64,000 nt of DNA from Lama glama (Eukaryota), in NCBI GenBank assembly GCA_028534125.1, contig CM052816.1, forward strand, positions 79,300,001 to 79,364,000, given 5' to 3'. Position numbers and translations under genes: made by a program. Below, in pieces: positions 49,700-64,000 of the stretch; position 1 is the first letter of the stretch; each line of letters starts with the position of its first letter. A model generated the notes under the pieces. The model saw only the letters and a list, made by a program, of their open reading frames with translations, was not told the origin of the DNA and did no database searches.

Positions 49700-51190
49700 A
49701 AAATATTACTAAAATGAATTAATTAAAATAAATTAAAATGAAACTTTAAATACTTAATTATCTGATAACAATATAACAGAATTAGAGGCAAAGGACAAAG
49801 TTTAAAGCACTAACAACAAAAATGATTGCTCGGAAATGGAACAAAACATTCTTTTGAATAATTACGTGGTCAGTGAGGATATCAATACTGCAATTACACA
49901 ATACTTGGTAAGCAATCATATAGAAAATATTATAATCAAAAGCTATGGGATATATTAAAATCTCTATTTAAAGGAAAGTTTTTTCCCTTGACTATTCTTG
50001 GGTTGATAGTTTACGTTTAATGTTTCTAACTTTCTAAGCTGTCAATTTCTGCTTTTATCCCCAATAATCCCTTTTTCCTTTTCTCAGGCTTATTTTCTAG
50101 CTTCTTTTTGAAATTATATTTATTTCAATTCTATAATGTCTAATAATAGGTCAAGAAAAAAGACAAAGGGGACTGCATCTACCATATATAACTAAATAAT
50201 AGATTAGATAGATATCTACATATATATAAATCCATTATGTATAATATATATCATATGCAACTTTATGTGATACATTTGAGAATCTACTCATACAATTGAT
50301 TAACTTTTTGGAAAAAATAAAATGAGATCCTTATCAAAATAGCAAACAATTTAAATATTTAAAACTAAAATATAAAACTAAAAATGTGAAAGTATTAAAA
50401 ATTGTGGCATATTTGTATATAGTCTTGGAGAAATATCTTTCAAACTGACCACAAAAACAAACTATAAAGAAAAAGTTTCTATATTTATCTACATAAACAT
50501 TAAAAGCTTTCTTCATATTAAACTCACCTTAAATAAAACAAACATCAAATGAGGAACATATTTGTAACATGTGACCAACAGATGGTTTATGTCCTTAATA
50601 CATAAAGAGATCCTAGAAAATATCCATATCTTTGCCCATTAAATTGGAGAAAATTAACAAAATGATAAAATCCAATACTTGATGCATTCTGGTAATCTCT
50701 TACTTGAAATGAGATTTGAAAGTTTCATTGTGTAAATTTTTTTAATTTGCAAATTAAAAAAAATTACAATCTTTAGTGTGTTTTAAAAGCAAGCATAACT
50801 TTAAATTCAGCAATTTCCACTATCTAAAAACTTTTCCCAAGTCAATAATTAAGGATGTGATAAATATTCAGCTAGATGAAATTTTACTATATCTCTTTAT
50901 AATAACTTGGAGCTCAACAAATATTTATTAATAAAATGGTGGCTAGTAATAGAAGTTTATTAAATTATGGTATAATTTATTATTGAAATATCTTTTAGAC
51001 ATAAGGATGATGAAGTAGATGAATCTTATTGAGAAAGAAAATGTGTTCTATTGTTGAATAAGAATGTTACAAAACAATAGGTACATTGCAGTCACATTTT
51101 TTTACAAAAATAATTGTACCAGGGTAGTAAAAATGGTGAACTATTGGCAATGGGATTATGGATTTGTCATTTTAAATTTTGCTTTTTAAA
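49700..51190 (+). mobile_element. Very old, highly diverged L1 remnants
   Basis: Very AT-rich with patchy L1 ORF2/3' UTR-like segments; family not resolvable by eye. Confidence 0.45.
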
Positions 51191-51196
51191 ATATCT

Positions 51197-51513
51197 AATT
51201 TATCTACAATAAATAGAAAACAGAAATAGACTCACAGACATAGAATATAAACTTGTGGTTGCCAAGGGGGCGGGGGGTGAGAAGAGATAGACTGGGATTT
51301 CAAAATTGTAGAATAAATAAACAAGATTATACTGTATAGCACAAGGAAATATATACAAGATCTTATGGTAGCTCACAGAGAAAAAATGTGACAATGAATA
51401 TATACATGTTCATGTATAACTGAAAAATTGTGCTCTACACTGGAATTTGACACAACATTGTAAAATGATTATAAATCAATAAAAAATGTTAAAAAATAAA
51501 AAATAAATAAAAA
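51197..51513 (+). mobile_element. Young 5'-truncated L1 3' end with poly(A)
   Basis: agactcacagacatagaatataaacttgtggttgccaagggg...actgtatagcacaaggaaatatatacaa...acaacattgtaaa...caataaaaaa, typical of an artiodactyl L1 3' UTR. Confidence 0.85.
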
Positions 51514-51719
51514 CCTTCTCATTTTACTAGCAATTGCCTGATTGATATGAGGAAAGAGTTTACAGGAAGGCTGGTAGGAAAGAGAAAAGGCAGGTATGTT
51601 TCAGGATTTGCATAGCTATTAATTACTGTTTGAGGAATGTCTAAAAACAGATAAAATACTTCAGATTACTAGGATATTTGTTAATTCAATACCTCTTGGG
51701 TTAAACCCTTCAGCACCAT

Positions 51720-52328
51720 GCTCATGCAAGTCACCATAATGACTTCACTTCTCAGCTGGTTTCCCAACTGCTCTTCCTGCTGTGTTTACTGAAAGACTCT
51801 TAAAACTAGTAGCCAAGGCTTTAACTCTCATTCAGATTAATACCAAAATCCTAACAATGATCTCCAAGGCATTAGATAATCTGGTCCCCTAAGATCTTTC
51901 TGACTTAATCACCAACATCTCTGGCCCATACTTACTCCACTCCAGTCACACTGGCCTCTTTGCTGTTCTTCACACACACCAAGCATCCTCACCCGTCAGT
52001 GCCTTTGCTTTTCCCTATGCCTGGTTCACTCTTCCCCCCAAAATCTATGTGGCTCATTTAATCACTCCTGTCCTGAGTTTGCTCAAATATCACCTTCTCA
52101 GTGGGCCTTTCCATGACCACTGTATACAAAATGGTACATTGACGTTCTTTTCTTCCTTGCTGTGCCTTCATTCTTCACCTGTTTATGGCTTATTCTTTGT
52201 CTTCTGGTCACCAGAACATAAATATCATGAGGTCATAGACTTTTTGTCCCCTGCTGGGTTCCCTGACCCTTGCACAGTGCCAGGACCATGATAGGTGCTC
52301 AGTAAATATTCATAGAGCAGATGAATGG
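51720..52328 (+). mobile_element. L2 LINE 3' fragment
   Basis: ctccagtcacactggcctctttgctgttc...cacagtgccaggaccatgataggtgctcagtaaatatt...gatgaatg. Confidence 0.7.
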
Positions 52329-53072
52329 GCCGGGGGTAGAGTTTGGCAGGTTTTTGTTGTACAAATAAATACTGAGATAATAATCAGATTTGACTACCAG
52401 TAGCCTATACTTAAGGCAGTGGCAAAGGAAAGAATTCCTATGACAGGATAAGGGGCTCTGTAAATCTACAGAAGAAAGACAAAATGTCAGAGATTGAAAT
52501 CAGGCTTCTTATACATCAGAGGAACTCTTCGAAAGCAACAGGGTAATATATATTCCATTTGTGGATTTATGGAAATCCACCTGTCTAACAAGTGCCAGGC
52601 GCTGTACTTGCTGGAGATACAAAGATATGTAAGATGCAATACGTCCCCTCCAGGGATCCACTCAACAGAGACAACGTTTTTAACATTTTAGGTTTTCCCT
52701 AAAGTTCCCTCATTCCCCTTTTCCCTGACATCAACCAACAATATAACTGCATCCAAGAGAGGCATGCTCTTAATACCAGGCTTGGACACACTTACATGAT
52801 CCAACAAAGGGGTTAGGAGTCTACAACACTGATGCCCAGAATGCTCTAGTGCTGCTGGCCTTGAGCCCTCCTTCCACAAGCATCGGCCACCATATTCTCA
52901 TTCTGAATTCAAAGTGCAGAAGAGCCACTGCTCTTGAAAGTTGGTAGATAAATGTCCAAACCATCTACCTCCTTATCCTCACACCTCATTAGAGTAAAAA
53001 GGGAATGGATTCAGGTTTTGCAGTACAAGCTTTGAGAGCATGGGGACCCTTATGTGTGACAGATTCCCTTAC

Positions 53073-53211
53073 ATTCACTCTTTGGTGTAGTTCAGCCTTC
53101 ATTTCCTCATCATCCCACAGGTCATCGGGAAGAGAGTTGAAGTCAGCTTGCCACTGAGATACAAAATCTTGCTTGTGGTCTGGACGCCTTAGAAACTCCT
53201 GGAAACTTGTT
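53073..53211 (-). CDS. SPEF2: SPEF2 coding exon: (R)TSFQEFLRRPDHKQDFVSQWQADFNSLPDDLWDDEEMKAELHQRVN
   Basis: Within ORF 52989..53252; acceptor ttacag|, donor AAT|gtaagg; 139 bp, phase 2 to 0. Confidence 0.95.
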
Positions 53212-53294
53212 CTGTAAGGCATGAGGAGAACGAGATAGCACTTAGATCTCACATCTGTAAACGATAAAATTATAACTTTGGAAACTTTACTTAC

Positions 53295-53422
53295 CTGATA
53301 TCATATAAGTAAGCAAGCACCGTATGCTGGTCTTCTCTCAGGTGCCTGAGTGCTGTTTTGATGGAATTTATATAGGAATTTTCTATCAGGTTCCAGTAAG
53401 GTACTAAAAATGAAGGTATTTC
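53295..53422 (-). CDS. SPEF2: SPEF2 coding exon: EIPSFLVPYWNLIENSYINSIKTALRHLREDQHTVLAYLYDI(R)
   Basis: Acceptor ttgacag|, donor CAG|gtaagt; 128 bp, phase 0 to 2; in frame with both neighbours. Confidence 0.93.
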
Positions 53423-56400
53423 CTGTCAAATGGTAAAGCATAAAAAATCATAATTTCAAAGTGAAAATTCTTCTGAATAACTGAGTCAAAAGGGCACCAC
53501 TAAGCAAGAAGATCAAGATGCAAGTGCAGCTACTTAGGGCATCTCAGCAAAACTTCTTGCTCCTCCTTCCTTTCCTGCCCCCAGCTAATTCCTATTCCAA
53601 GTCATTCTTCCTTTCGCAGGCCAGAGATCATTTCTCAAGAAATCCATCCTTGATCTAACAAGTCTATAAGGTCATCCTCTGAAGTTCTGAAATTCTACCA
53701 TATCGCCCTGTATTTCCCCATTATAGTATTGATGGCATTCATCATTACTGCTTACTTATGAGTCCCTACTCACCTCTAGAATAGCAGTCTCATAAAATCA
53801 GAAAGAATGCTTGTCTTATTCACACTACACAGTTTTCCCCATAATTACCACAGTATCTGGGACAGAGTAGGTACTCAAGAAATATTTTTTGAAGGAATGA
53901 ATTGAATGGTCATGGAGGTTACATTTTGCCTAGGTTGGAGAACACCTAGGATTTATGTTGGGGTGAGGATGAGTTATTTCTCTGAATTCCCCCTTGAGGT
54001 TTTACCTTGTAAAGTGGACCATGAAAATCAGAAAGTTTCTTTTATGTTATCTTTAGTGATGCAAATCAACAATCAAAAATAATAACCAAATTGAAAGAAA
54101 ACTGAAGATATATATTGTGTTTAATATAAACTTGCTGTATGACTCATTCCCTGATTGGTTGTGCATTTACTTACTCAGGAAATCACACATGGGGACCTTA
54201 GAGGTCATCTGGACTAATTTCCTCTACAACTGAGAAATGCCAAGAGATCCAGAGACAGATTACCCAGTCTCTCTGCAGACTTCACTGATGCAGAGAGCAC
54301 AGCGTTTTGAGGCAACTCCCTGCAGTGTCACACAACTTGTGTTAGTGGAGAATTCTTCTTATATTGAGCAGAAATCTGCTTTCCTGTGGTTTCTACTTAT
54401 AAGCCCTAAGCTGTACCCTTTGGAGAAGGACAGGCTACATTCATACAGTACCCTTATGACAGCCTGTTAAATATTTGAAAACATTATGAGGAGAAGTAAG
54501 CTGGGATTCTGGATGAAACTTGCTTGCTATTGGATTCCCAGCATCTGGTACAGCATTTGCAAATAACAGGGACTCAACCAATGTTCATAGAGATGTATGT
54601 AGACTCACTTGAACTCAACTTTATCACCAGTTACATTTTCAGAAGACTGTATGGCCCATCTAGTTCCAAAGGACTACAATTCTCTGTTCAGCCACACTTC
54701 AGGTATTCATTTATCTAAATTAAACATTTAAAGTTCCTTTAATGCTTCTCTGGCACTATTTTAACACCTTTTTCTTACCTAGATCCCCACTCTGGTTTCT
54801 AGTTTTTCATGATCTCTCTTAAAATATGTGGCAGTCAGAGTGGCGCAGAAGACCATTTAAAATAACCATTAAACCCACTGCGAATCCTCCCTCCTGGTTG
54901 ACTTCAAGTCATGAATATACTCTATGTATGAAGAATTACAACCTAAGAATGGACCTAATTGAATTAATGTCCTGCTCACAGCTCTCATTTCTCTACGAGA
55001 ACATCATAAGAAATTATCAAATACTATTTTGAATTCAAGATATAACTATATTCATGGTACTTTCCTGACCCACCTACCCAACCTTGCTATTAAGGAACAG
55101 ACACAGGCCAATTCAGGAGGATTTATTATTAGTGAACCTGTGTGAGCATTGGGTGATCATTTTGTATTTTATAAATGCTCAGAAGACATGTGTTTAGTAC
55201 TTTTCTTCCAGATTTTGTCAGGGATCAATGTCTAGATCGTTGGTCTTTCATGCTCCTAAATCCTCTCCACCTTCTACGAAATATTTAGGCATTTGCCTGC
55301 ACTTGGTCTTCCAGATCCTTCTGTATCCTCTGTGATTCCTATGAGTTATTGTTAATATGTAGGTTCTTTCAGTCTCTGGGATATACCTTTTCTGAATCTG
55401 GGGACTTGAATTTATTTGATGTGACTAGAAGTTCAGACCTATCCTTTTCAGTTAGTCTCCCTTCAGTGGAGAAGACTGAGCACAATAGGAGATCAGCAGC
55501 CAAAGCAAGTATCCTCCAAACTTTAGAAGCTGGAAAGCAAAGACCTTTCACTCCTACTGCCTCCTTGGTTTTCTCTGCACCTTTCCTTGTGACTGGTAAA
55601 GGGAGAAGGACCTAGACTCTCATTGAACTTGGCTGCTGCCTCCACCTGAGAGAGCCAGATATGAGAGGGGTACATCTGGAGTCCTTGGAAAGCCTAGGAC
55701 TAGGATTACCAGATGAAGTATAGGATGCTCAGTTAAATTAATTGATTTTCTGAAATTCAAATTTACCGGGCATCTATCTTCTCTCCCTTGTCAGGTAAGC
55801 ACTGCAGCTCGTGTGTGAAAAGCTTAGAGTGGAGAGGGAGGAGATCATGGGACCTGCTCTGTCTCCGGGTTCTAGGCTACCTCTGCTTATAGCAAAAGGT
55901 GTTCTCCACACGGTTTCACTTAGGTAGCTAGAGGTGTGTGCTGTATATCTTCCCATCATCCCTCCACACCAGTTTCCCATCCTTCATTCTCTAACATGCT
56001 CAGTGCCCTAAGAGGCTACCTGACATGAACTCCTGTGCCCACCACCTCCTGGGCAAAAGATGCCAGAGCAGGAAGTACACGAAATCTGGTTATGTGTTTT
56101 CCCGCTCCGGGACACTGTGAGTGGCTGACTCTCTGGGAAGACCCCAGCCCTGGCAGATGGTCCTCTCCATGAACAGGTGTTCTTGAGGTCCCGGCATCCA
56201 CTCCCTGTCTTCACCTCCTCAGGCCGAGGGGCCATAATAGCTCCTGGCTACCCCTTGTGTTCGGGAGGGATAATCTAATCCTTGTAAGTTTCCTTATTTA
56301 TATTTCCATATATATGTATCTATATTCATATATATATCGTACTTTATCCAACACTCCTTAAATTATCACCTGTCTTCTGCCAGGATCCTAACTGCTAGAA

Positions 56401-57727
56401 GACCTATGATGGAAGCTGGTGCCCTATCTCAGTGTCATTGTTTATTTTTCACTCATGTCCTCTATTTTCCTCTTGTCCTCTATGAGTTTATTTCTCTCAA
56501 GGGCTTCAAGGTTTGGAGCTAAGGACTGGATTTCAATATTTTTGTCCCTCACTCACCAACGCCTGCTAAGCAAGATTTTAATTTTATCTCCTTCCCAACA
56601 ACCACGTCTGTATCCCGCTCCTATGACAGCTTTTGAATGTACTTATTTTTCAAAGTAGCTACTATTTGACTGAGTGATCTTAATTACACCCATCTGCAGT
56701 TATATCATTGAATCTTCTCATCTTCAAATATTTTCTGTGCTAATTTCCCCCTCAATGCTAATTAATTTATTCATCAGAGCCCTATCAAGAATCTCTAATG
56801 TACTCTTCACTGTATTTGATTCTGAAAACAGTGAATTATTCCACGTGTTCCTACCCTCCTCTGAAGAGTTTATACTTTAATTGGGGAGTTAAGTAAGACA
56901 TTTCCAGAGGAAACTCAATCACAGTAACACCACCATCACTGCAATTCATGATTGGATCTCAGATGCTGGTGCGGATGGTTAGGGCTAAGAGTTCATAAGA
57001 GCAAGAAACCATGCAGGACTGAAATTAGGAAGATGGGGACTGAGTCTTTTAAAATCTCTTAGTCTTTTAAAAAGTTTTAAAAGAAAGACCGTTCTGTGTG
57101 ATTTGCCTAAGGTGATATATCTATGAAAGTAGCCAGATTTGCATAGGTGGCAACTGGGCTTTGAGCTGTCAGAGAACAAAGAATTGAATGGAGCTTCCAG
57201 GGCCCACCTGGGGCATCTCCTTGCCTGGGACTCAGATACCCATTTAAGGAGCTCAGGCCAGATAGCACTCTGTTCTTTTATTAGTTTAGTTAGAACTAAC
57301 TCAAAATTTTCCTTCTATTTCTAAGAAGTCAGAGGTTAAACTTCATTTGAAGGCATTATGTTGCGGACAAGAGAACATGGTTGGAGGGTTGTAATTTGTT
57401 GGATATGTGTTCTGAGGAAGTCATTCTTCTAGGAAACTGCATCTCTGCTTGTTCTTGGAGAGAAAATTGATCTCCAGAGAACCCATTTGTTCCCCTGATT
57501 GCAGCACTCAACAGCGGTTCAAAGCATGACTCAGAAACTCGAGGGAGGGGAGAACGAATGGGATGTGGTTCAGTGAGTATTCTCAAAAGAACACCTCGGC
57601 TTTTTGATGAAAATATATCTTACCTGGCATGAAAGGCCCTTTGGATGGTGCAAATAATAGTGTGAGTCTTACTATAATAAAGAGGAGGGAGAATAGATTC
57701 TACTGGCTTGAATTGAAACCGTCATAC

Positions 57728-57876
57728 CTCAGGAATTGGTTCATTCACATACACCCACTCTTCTGATCCTGGCTTAGATGGTGGTGGCACGACGGGAGCA
57801 GGTGACACATCTGCAGAGTCAGCAGGTGATTTCTTTACCAGTACTTTCCCTCCTGGCGATTTTCCTCTAGGAGAAC
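57728..57876 (-). CDS. SPEF2: SPEF2 internal coding exon (1st in window): GSPRGKSPGGKVLVKKSPADSADVSPAPVVPPPSKPGSEEWVYVNEPIPE
   Basis: Hand translation; acceptor tttaag|, donor GAG|gtatga; 149 bp, phase 1 to 0; peptide matches recalled mammalian SPEF2 (KPGSEEWVYVNEP). Confidence 0.92.
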
Positions 57877-59940
57877 CTTAAATGTGCGTATTAAATTATT
57901 CCAACACAAGAAGACGAATGGGGCTGGATTCTGGTGGATGAATAAATCTAAATTGACCTGGACTTCAGGCAATTCACTAACTACTTTTTAAGCAACTTTG
58001 GGAAGCTTATAAAATAATAAAATTTTAAAAAACTCTCATTTTATACAGCCCCCAAATTAATCAACTAAAATACACATAGCAGATTTTTTAAAAAAGCAAC
58101 ACAACTTCTCTCGTCCACTTAGCTATGGAAAGCAACTTCATATTTTATTCTCATTTCTGTCCTTGCTTCCACAATGAACACATAATTTTTTACAAGACTC
58201 TAGAGAAGAATGTATTTCATTTATTATTGCAAAAGCTGGCAAATTAAACGCTCACCCTGAATGAGAAAGAGGGTAGCTATGACAGGAGGCTCTCGGTGCT
58301 CCTTGAAACCCAGAGGAAGAGCAGGGGAAAAGACGTTATTGTAAGAGCCAGCCAGAGGCAGTGGGGGATATGGAGGAGGAGAAAAGGCATTGTAGCCCTT
58401 GAATATTCTCACATTCCTTGGATGAGACATAGGGTTTCTGAGTAAGAAATTACATTTCTTGCTACAGTCACAGTGTATGGATGACAGCAACTGCTGGGCT
58501 GTAAGTCTGGCTGAATGAAAGCATAAGAGGAGGCAGAAAAGAAAGAGCCTTAATTTCAGATCAGAATCCAGAAAGGGCATGTGTGCCACCCTCCTGAGAA
58601 CAGCAGGAGGAGAAGCCAGACTGGTTAAGCGGGACGTTATGGTCTGAATGACCTTGAGTCTGATCAAAGTACCTTAACTCAGGAAGCACCGATACTTCCT
58701 TAAAGGATCAAAGTTATCATAGTTTAGAAATTCGTTCAGTTAATTCCACTTACTTTCCAATTAGTTATTAAGAGTTTAGACACAGTTTATAGATGCCTAT
58801 AGAATTTGCTCACTTTCTTTCCCCAAGATATAATTCTTTAATGAGTATTGCTTCATGATTATGCTGTTTAGAAAAGTAAATACACCTTCCACCTTTATTC
58901 TAGTTAAAGTACATGGATTATAAATAGAGGGGAAGTTGTCAGGTATGTCTTGTGGACAGTTTAGGTGACTTCTCCTCATACATTTAAAAACAGTACTTGT
59001 TATCTACAAGTTTAAAGTTGTATCTAGATTTTTTTTTAATTAGAAAAATTTAAGAACATCTTTGTTCAGGCTATAACCAGGAATGTTCCTAATTTGATAT
59101 ATTTTTCTATATGATGATTTTTTCATTCTCTGACCTGGATCTCTGGTGAAAGAAAAGTGATAACACTATTGTCACTTGAAGATGAATTTCTGTAAGGAGA
59201 ATTCCTTAGAAGAACTTTGTAATTATAAATGTGAGACTGGAATGAATTTCTTTCTAAAATATCATGATTATTCAGTGAAAACTAAGAGAGCCAGGGAATA
59301 TTTTTGAACCAGGGTGTTTTGATTTCACTTAACTTTTATCTAGTTTTTAACAATAAAAATGCTAAAGGGTAAAAGATTCAAATGAATAAAAATGTATCTC
59401 TGTCACAGTGAGTGAAAATAGATGCCACTTTTGAACAAAATCTATCAACATCTGAAATGTTATGAGGGGCATTCCTTTTTAAGTACCACCCATGCAACCA
59501 TATGATGGCTTCAGTTTCTAATGAGATACTTGTTTTCACTTGGAAGTTGGATTATGGAGTCCTCAGTGTAGCCATTCTTCACTCATGAAAGGTATGGAAT
59601 GTAGTCTATGCTTAAGCACACGGTAAAGGTAGATTTTAGCAATTTTTTTTTCAGTTATAGGAACCTAATAGTATCACACAGAAGCCCATGGAGTAAGAAC
59701 AAATACACATAAAATAAAATAAAAAGAAAAATGCAATTTTAGGATACGGGATTTATTTAATCATGTTATCTGCAAAGAAATGGTCAAAGTTGAAACAACA
59801 GAACAACAGGTTTGAGCAGAGTATAACACAGTAGGAGCTCGGTAAAGGTAAGAATAACCTTTCTTATCAGTTGATGAGAGGACACTAAGGTATATGGCAA
59901 AGGTATCAGGGCAGTGGTTCTTATTAGACTCTTCAGTTTG

Positions 59941-60041
59941 TTTTTTTTTAATTAAAAAAATTTTTTAGCGGAGGTACAGGGGATTGAACCCAGGACCTTG
60001 TGCAACCTAAGCATGCCCTCTAGCACTGAGCTATTACCCAC
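59941..60041 (-). mobile_element. tRNA-derived SINE (camelid Vic-like) with A-rich tail
   Basis: Minus strand TAGCTCAGTGCTAGAG...GGTCCTGGGTTCAATCCCCTGTACCTCC then an A-rich tail; similar to the copy at 23370-23446. Confidence 0.8.
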
Positions 60042-61288
60042 TCAAGAGGACATTAAGAAAATTAGAACATTTTCAAATTAAATTGGCACTACTCAGGGAG
60101 ATGAGAAGATTGCAGGAAGAAGAAGAGATATAGAAAGTATGCTTTTTTTTTTTTTAAAGAAAGGCATTATTATTACCTCTCAGTAGTAAAATATTTCCTA
60201 GTAGGATATGGTTTAATTAAGAGCTTTACTAGGTAGAAGCTAGAAGATTGGTTAACAGGAATGGCTTTCTTATTGCCTTGGTTTAGCAAAAAATGACTCT
60301 GTTGCTCACAGACAGTGCTGACGGCTGCCTGGGCTGCAATGGCGACTGAAGTACAGACTCAGGACGCTCTGGGTAAGATGGAAATTTTAGCTCTGAAGCA
60401 ACATGGCCAGGAAGAGAAGGGGGTCACATTAGGTAAGGAGCCAGGGAGGGAACATGAACCATCTTACTCTTTACTTCGCTATTGGGCTATGTTGGAAAAG
60501 CTTGCGAAAGGAAAGTTTTCCCTCCTCAGCGTCCTAGAATTCATGTTGTTATTCTCTATGGAGCTGGAGATATGGGATGTGGACAAGTATAAAGTAATGA
60601 GTGCTGGTTATCTGGGATTCCTTATGGGATCTGATTTCAATACAATTATAATTATAATCAGTGATAAGCGTTGGGAACTCCCTAAGTTAACTTTGGAGTT
60701 AAGTTAATGATTCCTAACAAAACATTACTTGGTTTATTTTGACTCTCAATTTCCTCATCTTTGAAGTGGGAAATGATCATTTATATGTCACAGGTGATTG
60801 TGAGGGTTCAGTGAGATTGTATATTAAAATGACCCTGTACAGTTCCTGGCATATGGCAGGCACTCTGTTAGGCGTAGTTTGCTATCATGATCAGGAATTA
60901 CACTATAAAAGGAGATTGCTGAACTTCACTATCTGAACCATGACTGTAAATTAAACATCAACTTTCTGATGTGTGGCACCAACTTTCAGGTGAAACCTAA
61001 TGTGTTTTGCATTTGCTATAAAATCTATTAAGACCACGTACCTGGTACCACATGCCACACACTGTCCTTTGTTTAAGTTCCCAGGTAATAAAAATGTATT
61101 TTAGAATTTAATCCTAGGAAATCTTAGGGCTTTTTATTTCTATTTCAAAGTATCATTATATACATGTTGTTTTCTAAATTGTAATCCAACTTAAATATTT
61201 TGGGGAACAGGGCATATTACAAACAACACATTAGAAATAACTGATTGTTTCTCATACTCCATACAGCAATAAGCCTGCGGCTCCGGTA

Positions 61289-61474
61289 TAGTAGTTCTTC
61301 AACTTTAGCGATCACCAGAATTCCCTAGAGGGCTTATTAAAACCCAAATTGCTGGGCCCCTCCAGGAGTTTCAGATTCAGTAGGTCTGGGGAGGGACCAA
61401 TGATCTGTATTTCTAACAAGTTCCTAGGTGATGCAGATGTTGCGTGGTCCAGGACCGCACTTAAAGAGTCACTG
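61289..61474. mobile_element. MER5A-like non-autonomous hAT-Charlie DNA transposon
   Basis: agtagttcttcaactt...gattcagtaggtctgggg...tttctaacaagttcctaggtgatgc...cacttaaagagtcactg; ~186 bp with degenerate terminal inverted repeats. Confidence 0.8.
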
Positions 61475-64000
61475 CTTAAGTAGATGCATCTAGGTATTTC
61501 AATTCCATTTCACTTTCATCTCTTTTCCCCCGCTCTGTTCTTCCATGTCCTTCCAATTAAATGTTACTGATGTTTGTAAAACTGATATTTCATTTATTGC
61601 TAAAGGACCCGCTAGCACTTAAACTAGAAGGCAAATCGGAAGGCAAGCCCTGGAGCAGTAGCAATACTAACACACGGGCAGGCCAGCACACTTGGAGAGG
61701 ACATGATTTCCAAACATTTGCGCCATAGAACTCTAGTCCCAGCGGACACTCTTCCAAGAGAGAATTCTGCAACCACGGTGTTCTGGGATGTTGCATAGTG
61801 GATCTCCCACTGCCTTAGAGATACACATTGAGACAGATATAGATATGGATCTCCTGTAACTAAGAACATTTTAATTTGGTGTAACTCAGCATTTTCTGAA
61901 ATTGGTTGATTAAGGAAAACTCTTCATTTAGCCCCTAATGAACATCTCCTAGGTAAGGTCATAGAACTGAAAAGCCTTTATTTTAGGAAGGAATAAATCG
62001 GGATGATGGCAAATGTTTGAAGAGAATAAGAAATGCTTTAAGAACATCACAAATACAACTGCACATAGCATTTCAGTGTCAAGATTTGGGGGAGGGTAGG
62101 GATTGATCTAATATGCAGAGGAAAAAAATAGAAATGAGTCAAAGACACCAACAGCAGGAAATAATAAGTTTGAAGGAAGGAAAAAGGAGATGGTTACTCG
62201 AAACATGAGGTGCTTTCAATATAACTGGTATCAAAAAGCCTGTGAGGTAAACAGATAACCAATCAGTAGTATTCACCCTAGTGGTGTTAATTCAAAATAT
62301 TAGGAATTAAAATCATTAAGACTTCCTCTTAATGAAGGAAATTCTGTTATATATGTGCCAAAGCAACAGCATTTCACTGTAAAAGAAAGACTTGTAGATT
62401 TTGATTGAGTTCACCTATTTCAAATATCATGAAACATGGTAGAAATTGTGTTTACAGAAATAGAAGCACAATAGCAAAATAAAAGCAAAGCAATGTTTGA
62501 AAGTCCTTGGGTTTCTTTAATTGAGATCACTACATGACTCCAATGAATGTATATTTTACTGGCTGAGCTTGAATTTGCTTATGGTTTATTTGAGTGTGTA
62601 TACTTTTATCTAAGGATACTCTTAAAGCATGTGCATTATTATGTCTACCTTGATGATTTGGTACCTAATATGCATAAGTGTATTTAATTCCTATATTTGA
62701 TTACCCTATGCTGATCCTTCATTTGCCTTTACTGATCACGGTAAGACAGCAAGGGATGCATAACGTAAGTGTGAAAATTATTCTCCTACTCATAAACAGG
62801 TGAGAGGTGAAGCAGAGCATAAATTATAGCCAAAATTTTAGCTGAAATTTTCACCTCAGTGTTAACTCACCAAATGACTCTAGTTGTATAAGCATATCAG
62901 GTCATATATTCAGAGAAGGGTGAGATTCTTTGAGAATCATGGTTAAGCATCTTTAAAGGCCAAAATAAAGATCCTTTTAGCCCATCATTTTGTGAACATT
63001 GCACACTCTTGGGCTGCTGCTGCAGTAGCAATTTGTAATGAAGAATTAAACAAAGGTGTATACTTCAGGACAACCTCATTTGTACGTACCCCGGAAAAAG
63101 TCAACTGCATGTGTCCATTGCTGCATTTCAGTCTTTGACTGGCTGCTGTCGCAGCTTCCCCATACAATCTAATATGCTTTTCAGAGCCTGATATTTTCTT
63201 CTACTAACTGTCAAGTATTTACAAAAATGTATCCCCCTTATTTCACAGCTAAGGTTAAAATAAAATAGAAAAAAAAAATAAATGAAATTAGGGTCAGGAA
63301 AAATAGAACTTAAAGTAGATAGTCAAAACCAGGAGAGGAATTAGAAAGCAGATTCCGAGATTCAGGTCCTGGAACAGATACTAAGATCGGAGGCACTAAT
63401 TTGGCTCTGAACTTCTAGGTGCCAAAAGAGAACAGGACGTGCTATCATGTCGAGGTGCTAACTATTTAGCCACTCGGAGGAAGAAGGATTTTCCAGCCCC
63501 TTGAATCTGAATGAAACTTCCCACCTAGGATTTCACATAGGGGCCACGGAACAATATAATAGGCACACCATCCCTCCAGAGAAGCAATATGCCAGATAAT
63601 TATAGGTATAATGAAAGTTTCACTTCCTCTGCTATGTTGAGAACTTTATATTAAAAGTGCTTATCAGTGAAAGCAATTCCATGGGGGACCCAAGAAAACA
63701 TATTTCAATATGTAGCTTTCTGTTGTCATAGCTTAGCAAGAGAGTAACACCTATAATATCTATGATGAATGGCTTTTCTGTATATTAGACATTATGTAAA
63801 TCACTCCCTGCAAGCATCACTTTTCTCAGCAGGACCTTTGCTAAGAGCCAGGATGCAGAAAGACCGAGGTTCTTTTTTTTTTTTTTTTGGCAAGGGCTTA
63901 CAGTTTATATATGCCTGAGAAAAGCAGTCAACATATACTAGTATAAAAATCTAGCTATTTTCACTGAGACAGTTACAAAGTGCAGCATTATACTTAATCA

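Noticed and set aside
57600..57727. Strong donor-like CAG|gtaaga near 57623, downstream of the SPEF2 exon
   Set aside because: The donor at 57728 already gives the correct phase; extending the exon reads GTA TGA, an immediate stop.
61289..61474. MER5A as a cognate substrate or end of the intronic hAT transposase
   Set aside because: MER5A is abundant genome-wide and lies 43 kb away; nothing in the sequence links it to this module.
62985..63167. 60-aa minus-strand ORF as a further upstream SPEF2 exon
   Set aside because: No resemblance to SPEF2 and no suitable phase-1 donor; the preceding exon probably lies outside the window.
1..64000. Remaining short ORFs in the six-frame track; CRISPR arrays, rRNA, operons
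   Set aside because: The ORFs are chance frames in intronic or repeat DNA, many with non-ATG starts; no prokaryotic features or spaced direct-repeat arrays were seen.

Overview
Mammalian genomic DNA, probably camelid: it carries tRNA-derived SINEs with the Vic-1-type 'AAATAAACCTAATTACCTC' tail. The window holds 14 consecutive internal coding exons of SPEF2 (sperm flagellar protein 2) on the minus strand (57876 down to 4728). All have GT-AG boundaries and matching phases, and the gene continues beyond both ends. The introns contain L1, L2, MIR, MER5A, solo LTRs, SINEs and a U6-L1 chimeric retrocopy. The main finding lies in the ~11.8 kb intron 13513-25267. It is a same-strand, five-exon, fully open hAT-superfamily transposase module (15413-17912, ~690 codons) with an NLS-like motif, a TTF-type zinc finger, D-D-E catalytic residues, CxxH, RW and a hAT C-terminal domain. 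The module has no start codon upstream of its zinc finger. Its phase-1 acceptor is in frame with the SPEF2 donor at 25268, which predicts a SPEF2-transposase fusion replacing the normal SPEF2 C-terminus. A candidate independent first exon near 19743-19762 could instead give a stand-alone protein. Repeat family names come from recognition by eye and their boundaries are approximate.
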